The notes under the pieces were generated by a model that saw only the letters and a program-made list of their open reading frames with translations, was not told where the DNA came from and did no database searches. DNA of 61,650 bases, the filler included, from Basidiobolus ranarum (Eukaryota), in assembly GCA_040143965.1 (NCBI GenBank). It is 10 parts of 10 records of this genome, joined end to end, with 100 filler letters (N's around TTAATTAATTAA, not from the genome) between each part and the next. Parts side by side here need not be neighbours in the genome. Positions count along the whole stretch, not along the records: positions 1 to 6,089 come from JASJQH010008289.1; positions 6,190 to 12,271 come from JASJQH010008290.1; positions 12,372 to 18,453 come from JASJQH010008291.1; 7 more parts are not named here. One strand, given 5' to 3'. Below are positions 1 to 13,038 of the stretch, piece after piece. Within the stretch, counting starts at the first letter, position 1. Every line of letters begins with the position of its first letter. Position numbers and translations under genes: made by a program.

Positions 1-1218
1 GGTGATCGTCTGGGGAGAAAGAAAATGTATGGCTCCGAATTGGTTATCATCATTTTCGCAACTATTTGCTGCGCTATGGCTGGGGGCTGGGTCAAAGGAG
101 TAAACGTAATTGCTGTCCTAGGTTTCTGGCGGTTCATACTTGGTATTGGTATAGGTGGTGATTATCCAGTTTCTGCAGTTATCACATCCGAATTCGCCTC
201 CACAAGTTAGCGTGGCATGATGATTGCCGCGGTATTCGCCTCACAAGGTACTGGCATCCTAGTCGGAGCGTTATTTACGGTCATGGCCCTGGCCATATTT
301 CAAAGTGCGATCCGGGCTGATCAAAATAATCTCGACTATGTATGGAGGCTGATGCTTGCTTTCGGATGTGTCCCGGCTCTTTTTACTGTGTATTTTCGTC
401 TGACTATGCCTGAATCACCACGTTACACCTTAGAGGTAAATGGAAATATTGAGCAGGCTACCAAAGACATGATTAATATTTTGGGCGAGCAAGAGAAAGA
501 GCGTATTGAAACTCAGCAGAAAATAACCAAAGTTCAGTCGTCGTTCACTGAGTATTTTGGACAGTGGAAAAATCTCAAGATCTTGCTGGGAACATCTCTT
601 TCTTGGTTCTTCCTTGATATCGCTTTCTACGGTCTTTCACTCAATCAATCCTACATATTGCAAGCCATTGGATACTCCTCCAAAGGACTCTCTCCATATG
701 ATGCTCTGTGGTCTGAGGCGGTAGGTAATTTGATTATATCCCTCATGGGAACTGTTCCAGGTTATTGGTTTACTGTGTTTCTCATCGAACGTATGGGCCG
801 TATTAAGATTCAGTTAATGGGCTTTGCTTTCCTTACTGTCATCTTCATTGTCCTCTCGGCTGGATTCTACAAGATCCGTAACACCGCTATTGCTTTGTTC
901 ATTGCCTTGTTCACATTGGCCCAATTTTTCTTCAATTTTGGCCCCAACACCACAACTTTTGTCCTTCCTTCAGAGGTATTCCCTACTCGATTCCGCTCTA
1001 CTGCTCACGGTATTTCAGCTGCCTCTGGTAAGCTGGGTGCTATTATTGCTACGTTCGGATTTAATCAATTGGTTGAGATTGGAGGCAAGGATGGTGAGCA
1101 TGCGTTCCTTCCACAAACATTAGGTATATTCTCTGGCATCATGTTCCTTGGACTTCTGTCAACCTTCTGGGTTCCAGAAACCAAAGGTAAATCGTTGGAA
1201 GAAATCTCAGGTGAATAG
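1..1218 (+). pseudogene. PHO84: MFS high-affinity phosphate:H+ symporter (PHO84-like), 5'-truncated by contig start, with a single in-frame TAG at 208-210
   Basis: One frame from base 1 (GDRLGRKKMYG...GIGIGGDYPVSAVITSEFASTS*RGMMIAAVF...PESPRYT...DIAFYG...FFFNFGPNTTTF...EVFPTRFRSTAHGISAASGKLGA...PETKGKSLEE*). The two track ORFs (25..210, 217..1218) are in the same frame, separated only by the stop. Whether this is a pseudogene, a sequencing error or recoding is unresolved. Confidence 0.85.
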
Positions 1219-1504
1219 AAATAGTATTACTGTAGTTACTAAAGGCATCTCAATAAACCATTTTGATAATCAATGATAGTGGTGAAATATGATGGCTATA
1301 AGAAACGGTGAATTAAAGGGTAGGAATGAAATTCAACTTCTTATATATTAGATTATGAGAATTTTCTGCCTGTATATGTGTATTGCTCACAGGTAGACTG
1401 AATATTTTGGTAGAGTGTGGAAGGCGTACAGCCAAATTTAAAACACCAATACACTGTAGAAGTAATGATGAGTAATTCATTACTCCTGTTCCATATTTAG
1501 TTAG

Positions 1505-1835
1505 TGTGAAAAATGACATAGCATCCATATTGTCCTATAGTTAGCTACCTGAATTTCATGTTATTATGAAACATCTTCATGAGAAATTTGCTGAAAATAT
1601 TGAGACCAACTTGAAAGTTCTAAGAAAGATTATATGACTTTTTCAAATTGATCAAGAGACCCCATACTTTGAACACATATTTCTAGGACCTTCTTGCACT
1701 CATTCTGCATATTGGTTTGTCTAATTCATGATTGAAGTATAAATGTCAACCTTAACTGAATAAATAATTTAATAAAAACCACCATTTCTTCTATTTCCCC
1801 AAATTACTTCCAGCAACTTCCAAAACACTTCAACA
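1505..1835 (+). mobile_element. Degenerate solo LTR, copia-associated family A
   Basis: Starts TGTGAAAA and ends ACTTCAACA. Aligns by eye with 18299-18453, 25754-26102, 53300-53646 and the reverse complement of 52169-52516. Confidence 0.75.
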
Positions 1836-2879
1836 ATTGGAGAGTTATCCAGCCTAGCTTTTAACCTTTGATACTATTATTAGGAGTCTTCTAAATATAT
1901 AAGGCTAGTTCTTTGCTATATAGATATACTTACTATACTTTTTCTATATTGAATATATGCTGTTGGTTTGATTATTCTAAATGACTCAAGTCTACAAGCA
2001 AACAACCAAAGTATATATATATATTCACATTTGTTTGTGCTGTCTTCTAGGGGCCATTAGACAAGATGTTCTAGTCTAAGACAAATATGTATTTGGAGGA
2101 AAATACTTGTCCATAGTCTTGAAATCATTCCAATGTTGCATACAGTGATGCCACCTTAGCAATCTTTCCAAGCATTGTAGTATAAGTTATAGCACTCAAG
2201 ATATATATGTGAAATAAGTATTACACCCATGTACACTCTTGCCCAAAATTGATTCAAAATTTGCATGCATTTTTACAAATGACAATATTGTGTCATTTAC
2301 TTCATTTTTTGATGTTCTACCTGTCACACTACTTAAGCAGAGCTCAAATGATAGTTCGTCATGTTGACAAGGTGATTCCATCAATCTTGGCAATAGTATA
2401 CACACTTATATTCAGTGTAGTGAGTGAATCATTTTGAAGCACAACATGTTAGTAACACTCAGATCATACAATATCAGGAATATTTATAAATTCCACATTA
2501 TATGTCAGCCCAATTGTAACAATACAGGTTTAGCCATAGTCATTACGTATCCCATATAAGCCTTCCTGACTAGTGCCAGGTAAATGTTTAATCATCCATA
2601 AATGGTGGATAAGAGTTTTCCAAAATATTTGAAGTTTAGTGTTTTAAAATTTTACATATTGACAGCTATTTTAACTTCATGTTTGAATGGAAGAGGCATC
2701 TTTTTGGCCATTAATGTGCTACATGTATTTATAAAAGCTATTTTTGTCCTGCATATCTTTTTAATTTATTAAATGTTGGTGAATGTCTAGATCTGAAATA
2801 AAACCAGAAGGGCCATGTTCTGCACCACTCAAAGTTGCAATTATATGCACCAAAATGAGCACTGTTCAACACCTAACTG

Positions 2880-4322
2880 AACTTTGAGGATTGTTATTGC
2901 AAAAGAACTGTCACAATTTTATCCATTTTGGATTGACCATTTACTTACCATCATAAAATATCAAGTTAGATATGATTTTAATCAATTTTTTAGTTTCAGG
3001 AGTGAGATTTCAAGATCTTGCAAAACAGTTGCACATTATTGGCTACAATGTTAGAAACCTATGGATAACCACATATGCAAAAAATGCAACTCAAATTTTA
3101 GATATTTACCATGTGAATGCTCATTTGTCACCTTCACAATCCCTGGTTTCTTTGATATAGTCTCCTAAATATTTTTATAGAATTATTCATATGCAAGGTT
3201 GAGCTCATATCCAACTCAAGTTTTTACTAACATCTCCATCAAAGCCCACCATTGTATTAATGTTCCTGCTTCAACATTCTTCCAGCTATTTGTTGCATAC
3301 CTTTCAATATTGTGCCACTCTGTATTAAGTTCTTCCCAGATATCTGCATGGTCAACACCAAACTGAATGCCAAGTTAAATGTTCTTCTTCTGAAGCCAAA
3401 TTCTGCCTACTTGCATTGCATTTTTCCATTCACACTTTTGAAAAGACTCTTCAAGCCCTTTTACTATTTTTATAAATCCTTGTAGTGTTACACTACTCCA
3501 TGTACATTGTGATGTTTGGGTGGCTTTGTGCTTGCCTTGACATTTGGGGTTAATTTTGACACTTTGTAAAATAACACTTGAAGTTGGAAAGCTGTGAGTT
3601 GTATTTGCTGATGTTTTAGTTTCCTGAGAGGTGTGAGGTGGTGGATAAACTTCCAGTTTTTGCACTCTTCCAACTGATGTACTTGGTCCCACAGTATGGT
3701 TACATGGTAATATTAAGCCTTTTTGCCAGTATATCTGACTCCAGTAATATGGATCTTTGTCATGGTGTGAGGTATTTGGTAAGTGGGACAATAGAGCCTA
3801 AAATCACAGGCTCCTTTGCTCTTCCCATAGGTTTACTAACTACCTGCTCCTTGAGCACATCTTTGACTGCTTTTCTTTCTTTTCCAAGTTGGTAAATACA
3901 TTCATTTTTGATATTTTTAAATATAGGCCTGTACTAGCCCAAATTGCCATTTGCTTGCAAAAACCCAGGATAAGCCACATCAAATAAGTCAAGAACATTC
4001 TGAATAATGCCTGCTCTTTGGCTTTCTATGATTAGCTTAAATCAAGGTGATTATGGGCAAGATTCAGCACAGTTTCCAAAATGTTAAACCACTCACCATC
4101 AGAGCAAGTGATAGCAGCTCTGACATTGAGAGTCTTTTGGTTTGCTGGTTTTCCCATGAGATTTCTACTTTCATGTTTACAAGCAATTTGGGTTATTGTG
4201 TCAACTTAATGGTCTAACACATACTCTACTCTGCTAGATTGTCATAGTGATGTTCATATGTAAGGTGTGGAATTAATTGAAGTCACATATGAGAATGGAT
4301 GGAGGGAGCAGCATTTGCTGTA
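2880..4322 (-). repeat. Unclassified dispersed repeat with a decayed minus-strand coding remnant
   Basis: Colinear similarity to 47945-49055. Shared peptides include KNAMQVGRIWLQKKNI versus KNAVQVRREWLQKKGI. About 3470-3915 is absent from the other copy. Confidence 0.7.
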
Positions 4323-5399
4323 GCTTAAGTATAGCATTCTGAAAGTCTGGTATCATTGTTGAGTGACTATCTAACTCATGACTAGTTACTTCAGAATTCT
4401 GCATTAATTACAATACTGCTGTGCTATTGCTTGTAATGGCCTGAATAGCAATCTCATAGTTTTTACTTATGATTGCATACCAGTCATTATGGTGTTCTGC
4501 CTGAGATTCCCTTATTGTATTGATTTTTTCCCAATTGTCTATGCAGGGATGTTCAATAGTTGGCAGAGTAGGCATTTTGAAAGTTGATGATCTTGACAGT
4601 GTTTCTATTGAGCTTTACTAAACTATTAGTTTACCATGTAATTGCAGGATTGTAGTCTCTCCACCTGCATTATTCCTAGAAAGGAACACAACTGGTAAGT
4701 TGATTAATGCTATATTGATAATTCAGTTAGCTCTCACATGTTAATGCCTTCCAAAGCTGATATTGGATTGCTAGATGGCTTGTCAATTAAGTCTTATTGT
4801 GGTCATTAATTTTTGTGCTATAAAAGCAAGAGGCTTCATAGAACAAAAAGCGCAACAATGGTTATTGTCCAAAGTCACAAGCTGCACAAAGCCTGGTGTG
4901 TATCAATAGTGATAAATGCACCAAAACAACTTTAGTTTAGCCTACTGAGTACATTGGCTGTGCTTCACCTCAAAGTTCTGGTAACACTGCTGAGAGTCAA
5001 GATACCATGGAGTTATCACTATTATATGACCAGAAAGATATAGGTTGAAGTACAACTTTGGTCAACCCAGAAAGTCCAAAAAACTTTGATGACATGCTGC
5101 TAGATGTTGATATTGATTATTCTAGCACTGATAGCAATATATCCAAAGAAGATGAAGAAGACGATGGTTTTATTACAGATTCTTTGTTCTTGGCAAGCAT
5201 TAGTCCACTCATAACACTAACAGTAAAGGAAGCAGCTTTGATTATTGAGGAGTGTAGAGTTCAATCCAATCCTAGCAACCAGGCATTCATTGGTTTTCCT
5301 CCACTTTTACCATAGTCCATTAGCAACTGTTGCTTGTCACAGACCTGGTACAAGTGGAAAACACTATTCAATAGTATAACTTATAATCCTTCAGTAATT

Positions 5400-5480
5400 A
5401 AACTACCTACATGTCCAAAGATTGCTTGACTTTCACCAGTGATCTAAAAAATCTGAAGTCATGTACTGTTTGCATACAAT
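5400..5480 (+). mobile_element. Possible CACTA/EnSpm transposase Cys-motif remnant
   Basis: With one frameshift it reads CP(K)DCLTFTSDLKNLKSCTVC, resembling the CPxDC...L..CxxC motif N-terminal of CACTA transposases. An acidic ORF fragment (5058-5315) precedes it. Confidence 0.4.
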
Positions 5481-6089
5481 TCACAATCACTGAAGCAAGT
5501 AAACATTGTTCATATTAGCATACATGCTGTTGATTTTGATCTTAAAGTTTTGATGAAATCGCCCAAATATATAGCTCATTTGAACATACCATACTCCTAA
5601 GCTATACTATGATTCTAAGAAAATACATCTTAATTGAGGTTTTGTGAGAATATCAGCTAATATATACAGTTGGATACAGTTAAAACTATTACAAACATAT
5701 TGCCCATAGCTTAGCTGACAGAGTGGTGTTGAATATGTCGGAAGAAATTGCTATTGGCCTGAAAATTCCCTCCTGTACTATCAGGAGAAGTACAAGATAT
5801 CTTTGGGCCAATAGCTGTGCTAACTTAGTACTGACCACTTAGTCCATTAAATTTGAAGAATTCTTTATGTGTTGTTTCTCATGGAGCTGCAATTAATATA
5901 CTACATCTAAGAAGCATGCATTCATTAGTAAATGAAACAACACAAGTAGTTATGGCAAATATGGAATCACCTTCAATGTATAAAGAGTGATCTTGTAATC
6001 ACTCACCTAGATAATAAATTTCTAATGAATTTTAGGGTCAAAATAACAACTAAATTCTTGGATTATCTAGTAAAGACAAATTCCCTAAG

Positions 6090-6189
6090 NNNNNNNNNNN
6101 NNNNNNNNNNNNNNNNNNNNNNNNNNNNNNNNNTTAATTAATTAANNNNNNNNNNNNNNNNNNNNNNNNNNNNNNNNNNNNNNNNNNNN
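6090..6189. other. Artificial contig-joining spacer (N44-TTAATTAATTAA-N44); identical spacers at 12272-12371, 18454-18553, 24631-24730, 30808-30907, 36982-37081, 43156-43255, 49327-49426, 55491-55590
   Basis: Nine identical 100-bp spacers with stops in all six frames. Flanked segments are 6089, 6082, 6082, 6077, 6077, 6074, 6074, 6071, 6064 and 6060 bp. Confidence 0.99.
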
Positions 6190-9100
6190 ACCAATCGATG
6201 ATCTTGGAAACGCCATCCAAATCGTTGGTAGCAGTGGTATGAGATACACCTTTCTTGTACATGTTTTGAGTACCACCCAATTGCAAGTTCGACGAGTATA
6301 CCTCACGACCAAGAACCTTATTCAAAGCCGCAGCTCCGGTAAGGAGAATGGGTTGTCCTTCATTTTGAATGGTTCTTTGACCCAGACGAACCAAGTAAGC
6401 ACCAATACCAACGGATCTACAACTGACTAAGGTGATGGTGAAGATATCTTCGTAAGAACGAGATGTTTCTCCAGCAATTAGTCCGGATCCACGTAAATTC
6501 TCTACTCCCAAGCCATCAGTGGCTCCGATGACATCGGTGATCATGAAACGACGCTCTCCATCCTCCTCAATCTCCTCACCAAACACCACCTTTTGCCCAT
6601 CAGAGTTCAATTGTTGATACTCTTCTGGCGTAAGGTAAAGGTATTTGAATCCCTTGGAAACATCGTTGGAGTCGACCCAAGCAGTACGGAACATGGATTT
6701 AACCTCTTCAGCCAAACCAATACGAGCACCAGAGTTAGCAGAGAAGTAAATTCTAGGAATACCCAATTTACGAGCGAGTTCAGATGCCTTATAGAAAACC
6801 ATATCTTCGGCAACTCCAAATGATCCAATATTGAAGGTGATGTCATTAGCGATAGCGATCACATTTCTACCTTCGGGATATTCAGGGGTGAAGATTTCAA
6901 AGTTCCAAGCAACCATACCACAATTATTGGATCCAGGTGAACGGTAAAGTTCGTGAATTTCATTGTTATCATCTAACACGAGTTCTTTAGCGTTCAACAG
7001 TTCCTTGGGTGTACGAATGGATGGATCTTTAGCCGCTGCTTTAGCCCAAGCATTACGAATAGATTGTCGGAACAATTCTGGGAAATCGTACGCGTAGGCA
7101 GTGCCCAAAACATGAGCCTTGTAACGACGTGGTTGAAGCCATTCCTTGGTTTGGTACTTGTTGGAGATGGGTTGAAGGTGCATGGATCCTGGGGTACCCA
7201 AGGATTTATATATCAACTCACCGGAGCTATTCTTCACTTCAGTGTAAGTTTCCATTTTTAGGACGAATCCAGAGACATTACTAATGGTGAATCGAACTGG
7301 GATAGGGTTCTCCGATTTACTAGTTTGAACGTTGAATCGAATCTCGGCACCAGTAACTCGTTGTCTCCAAAGACGTTTACCATGACGATCGATGAATCCG
7401 GTCAATGCGGATTCTACTTGTTCGGGTTCAAGAACGAAAGTAGGAATGAAATTAATGAACAGATGATTACAATCGGAGTTCTTGTATGTGGAGCTGACAA
7501 TCTCAAGTGCGTCTAGAATATCAGTCAAAAGACGATCACTCTCTGAGACAAGATAATCCGCCGTTTGAAGGTTAGATCTAAGTCTACCAGGACGTACCAG
7601 AACTCGAACGAAGAATCTACAATCAGATAGATTCTCCTTACCAACTGCGTAGTAGATATGGATGTTACGATTCTCGCTGAAGCAAGGAGTGATATCGAAA
7701 TTCGTGAGTCGATTCAATTCCAATTGGTAAGCCAAGGCTGGTTCGATATGACGAATGGTTTGATCTTCTGCATAGTTATTCTTCTCACGGAAAGTGAAGA
7801 ATGCTGGACTAGTTCCCTCACGATTCAAGAGGAAAGTAACTCGACGGATTCCACGTGTACGAAGTTTCTCCCCATTGGATTGAAGGAATTCCTGGAGACG
7901 TTGGACCCATGTCTGATCGTGGAATTCTTCAGTGAGAGGAACATGTAAGGCCAAGTTCAGGATATTTCTGGGTGCAGTAGTGCTTGGATCAATCAATGTG
8001 AACACTGAGAGAACTCGGTCGAAATGGGCTTCAAGTTCTTCGAAAGTTTGGAATGCTCCCATGGCACCACGACGAATAGGCTCATCACCAACGGAGTTTT
8101 GCATGAAACTCATGTCGGAAATACTCAAAATTCTTTGGGATGATAAACTACGTCCTTGGGTACCAGTACGACTGGAATCATGAAGTTCGAAGTTCCATTC
8201 GAAGATGAATGGTGTTTGTTCGGTGTGATACACTGTATCATAAATATCATACGCATGGTAAGAACGTCTGCAATATACTTCTAACGCAGCGAGTGCGATC
8301 CAAATGTTCTCATGGTAGAAGAAATTCTGAAGAACATCGAACATGAAATAGTTGGTAACAATAAGATCCTCAATGGAGTCGTAACTTGGGGTACGATATT
8401 CCTCTTCGCCAACGCCATAAATGGTATCGGTGACAGCGCTCTTGAGAATACGCTCCATTTGCACCATACGTTCTTCATAGGATGGGAGTTGGGTTTGAAT
8501 AAGCATTTCTTTAGCAAGAAGCGCGACCTTTGCTGTGTGACGACTGCTAAGCTCAGAAAGATTCTTAAGAATCGCAGAATAACACTTATCCAAAGAACCT
8601 CCAACTCCATGGGGACGAATCTCATCAAGTAAAGCAAGAATCAAGTTATTCTTACCAGCTACCCTCCAGTGAGATTGAACTAGATTGACGACATAATCCA
8701 GATCATCCTTGTGTCCATCACGCAAGTTGAGAATGGTTTCTTCCTGACGTTTGGTATCATCATCGAAGAGCAACTCAGTATCGTAGTACTTGTTCAGTAA
8801 CCCACAAATGATACGTCTCTGGTAGGTGATGGGACCACCAATGTAGGAGGATACCACATCAATCACCGGACTGATAGATGCCTGGAAAGCAGCAACTTCA
8901 GAAGCCTTTAAGTTATTGCGACAATGGCTTTGTATAAGCTCGTTAAGCTTAGCAGCTGGGAAAGAATCGTGGTTCTTTTGTGCCTGATCCACTAAAAGAT
9001 GAAGATCATACTCCAATTTGGGAGGCATACGTCCGGACAAAGCGGAAATAACTTCATTGAATTGATGGAAAGCAATTTCCTCGTCTTTGAGATATTCCAA

Positions 9101-11585
9101 CAATTGCTTGATGGTGTTCTGTACAGGACCTTGGCTATCATAACCATCTAAAATAAGATCGAGAGAATGCTTGATCTCACGGAAGCGTTGATGAACCTTC
9201 TCACCGCTAACCAAAGGAGAGCCCATAGAAGGAATTTGGCCTTCAAACAACTTGGCATGACGAACACGGCTAGGATCATCCAAAGTTAAGATACCAATGA
9301 TATCCCCAGCGCCAAGTGTACTTCCAGGTTGTTTGATGAATTGGACTATACCGTCTTCTCCAGCAACCAATGGCATGTACATCTTCATGACTTCGATTTC
9401 GGCATAAGCATCTCCAGATTTGATATGACCTCCAGGCTCAACCAAATAACGGACCAACTTACCGGGAGATGGGGATCTCAACTGTGTAGGATCATTTTCT
9501 TGTTCCAAAAGGCATGTCTTTCCATCGACCATCATACGAGTGGCCTGAACTTCTTCCTTGGTATAGATGGTATGACTCTTGCCATCAAGAAGAATAAGAA
9601 GTCCACCGTCAGTAAGAGAACGAACGGAAACCTCAGTCTTGCTACCATTGATATAGAGGACATAGGCATCGTGAGAGATACGAGCAACAGTGAATTTATA
9701 GCGAACTCCTTCCAAGATGAAATCCACAGTGAAAGCAGAGCTTAAAAATTCTTTGCTTAACACTTGACCTTTCTCGAGTGATCGTTTGAATTCTTGAATC
9801 TTCTCTTGAGATTGACTGTGGGCCTTATACACAGCACCGCAGATAATGGCTAGAGTAGTGGGAGGTCTTTCGGCGGTTAATTTATTGGAGATCAAGGTAT
9901 CAAGCCATCCAGTATTGACAGTATTCTGCTCGAAAGCTTCAGTCTCAAGTAGTCTAATCAAATACTCCACAGTAGTACGGAACTCACCACGAATGGACAT
10001 CTCTTTTAATGCAACAACCATGTTCTTACGAGCTTGTTGACGGTCTTCTCCGTATGAGAAAATATGTCCAAATTGAGAGTCGGCAAATTCATGTAAACCT
10101 CCGGCAGAACTAAGTGAGAAGTATCCCCACACGTTGGTACTACTTCTGAAGTTAAGTTCTTCCATCATACCACCACTGGGTTTGAAACCAGCGTCAGGAT
10201 TCTCAGCGGTAATACGAACGGCAATAACATGCCCTTTAGCAGCAGGTTTACGTTGAGTTTGATAAGACTCCTTCTTTTCGAAATCAAAGTCGATCTCTGA
10301 AGTGCCACTATGAGCCAAGCCATACAACAAACGAATATCACGAATTCTGTGAAGTGGAATACCCATGGCAATTTGTAATTGGGCAGCGGGTAGGTTAACT
10401 CCGGAGACCATCTCGGTAGTAGGATGCTCTACCTGCAATCTGGGATTCAATTCAAGGAAGTAGAATTTATTATCAGAGGGACTGTAAAGATATTCGACGG
10501 TACCGGCACTAACGTAGCCAACAAGTTTAGCTAAACGAACGGCGGCTTTCTCCATCTCCTCAAAGGTATCAGCACCAGCGATAGTAACCGGTGCTTCTTC
10601 AATGATTTTTTGATGACGACGTTGTACTGAACAATCTCTACCGAAAAGTGAGATAGCATTACCATATTGATCAGCTAACAATTGAACTTCAAGATGTCTG
10701 GAATCTCCTGCAAGCTTCATAATAAATACTGGTGATCCGGGTACTTCTCCTAGAACTTGATGGTAGGCTTGAGAGAAAGCCTCGGGAGTTTCAACCTTTC
10801 GGATACCTTTACCACCTCCACCTTCGGAGGCCTTAATCATAATGGGAAATCCAATTTCCTGGGCCATCTTTAATCCTTGCTCGGCTGAAGTGACACATGC
10901 TTTTTGATATTCGTGATCAGGAACACTCAAAAATCCCTGTTCAGTTAGCATGGTTTCCGATAAGCCATTACCACTCCAACCCAAGGTTGGAACTTGTGCA
11001 GATTGTGCAACGATGGTAGAGGAGATCTTATCTCCTAAAGATCTCATAGCCGAGCCAGGGGGACCTATAAAAACGGTCTTATTTTTGCTTTGGCGAAGAA
11101 GCTCAGGGAGTCTAGGATTTTCGGAGGCATGACCCCAACCAGCCCAAATGGCATGAACTCCAGTACGCTCAGCAATGTCAATGATTAGATCGACATTAGC
11201 ATAATTATTGTTATTGGTGCCACCAGGAACTTCTACGTATTGATCGGCCATACGAATATACTCAGCATTCACCTTTAAATCCTCAGGTGTAGCCATAACA
11301 GTAAATTCAATAGCACGTTCATTACCGAAAGTCTCGTAAGCCCATTTTCTTACGGAACGAATCTCTTTAACAGCAGCAATCCCGTTATTAGCGATCAAAA
11401 CCTTGGTGATAACTGTATGTCCACCAGACTTTTCAACGAAATCTTTTACAAATCCGGGAGATGCGCTTTCTAAAGTATTACCGCCTGTGGAGAAAAAAAT
11501 GAAGCAGTCAGTTTCAAACGCTTAAAGTGAATATCAAAAAAGAAAGACATTTCAACATACCGACGAAGTCTTGAATACTGCTCAT
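6190..11585 (-). CDS. ACC1: Acetyl-CoA carboxylase (BC-BCCP-central-CT), 3'-truncated; exon 1 11561-11585, intron 11485-11560
   Basis: Spliced start MSSIQDFVGGNTLESASPGFVKDFVEKSGGHTVITKVLIANNGIAAVKEIRS. Motifs: KASEGGGGKGIR, ELNPRLQVEH, biotinylation EVMKM, CT motifs ANSGARIG and VENLRGSG, Snf1/AMPK-site-like RILSISDMS. Intron is GTATGT...CACAG. Confidence 0.98.
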
Positions 11586-12371
11586 GATGCTGATAGATGA
11601 AAATTAAACCGGAGTTTTTTAAGTGACTTCTTTAAGAATAGATGACTTGAAGAAAAAGTGGAATGCAACGGAATATGAAAAGTATAAGATGCGAATAATA
11701 GTTAACAATAACTGGGTATGTACACTGAGTTTAGAATTAGTTGTACTTCGTTTCCGTTTACGGAAAGTTTAAAGAAACAAACGAGCTTGAGAAGTGTGGA
11801 TTGAAAGTTGCGGTCGCAGGGAACCGTTGTGAAGAACTTGAGAGGAGGAAATCGAGGTACTTATAGTGTTGATTTACCCTTCTCGGTGAATTGAACTGTT
11901 GAGATGTTATCTTCGTAGTGCTTTCCTAAATTGTTGATGGACCAGATTTGGCGAGGACATCACACTATCCAATCAATAGTGGTAATTCATGGTCGTATGA
12001 AAATCTTAACCTATCATAACTCATTTTCAACATATCTCAGATATTAGTTTACTCACATATATTGTCGAGTAATATAACATTGTGATAATATTTCTGACTG
12101 AACGGGTTCCTATTGATGCAAATTTATCGACAAAAAGTATGCCCGAATCACAAACACCCAAGTGTTTACTACCTGTATTTGGTGTGCATAAAATAGATAT
12201 TTTAGTAAGAATCGAATTGCTCCAATGAGCCAGTTTAGGTTGACTAACGCTACGAAAATGGTGGGGTGGGCNNNNNNNNNNNNNNNNNNNNNNNNNNNNN
12301 NNNNNNNNNNNNNNNTTAATTAATTAANNNNNNNNNNNNNNNNNNNNNNNNNNNNNNNNNNNNNNNNNNNN

Positions 12372-13038
<667 letters not shown>

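Noticed and set aside
6134-6145. TTAATTAATTAA recurring about every 6.2 kb as a periodic motif or array
   Set aside because: It is a synthetic linker centred in fixed N runs. ORFs in the track that run into X residues are artefacts.
6190-6290. Unusual ACC1 residues GGTQNMYKKGVSH versus the usual GGTQIMY.NGVSH
   Set aside because: Within 100 bp of a contig end, where base-call errors are likely.
6239-11132. Many antisense or overlapping ORFs within ACC1 (also within the NRPS and secreted genes)
   Set aside because: Shadow ORFs from codon bias, with no recognisable motifs.
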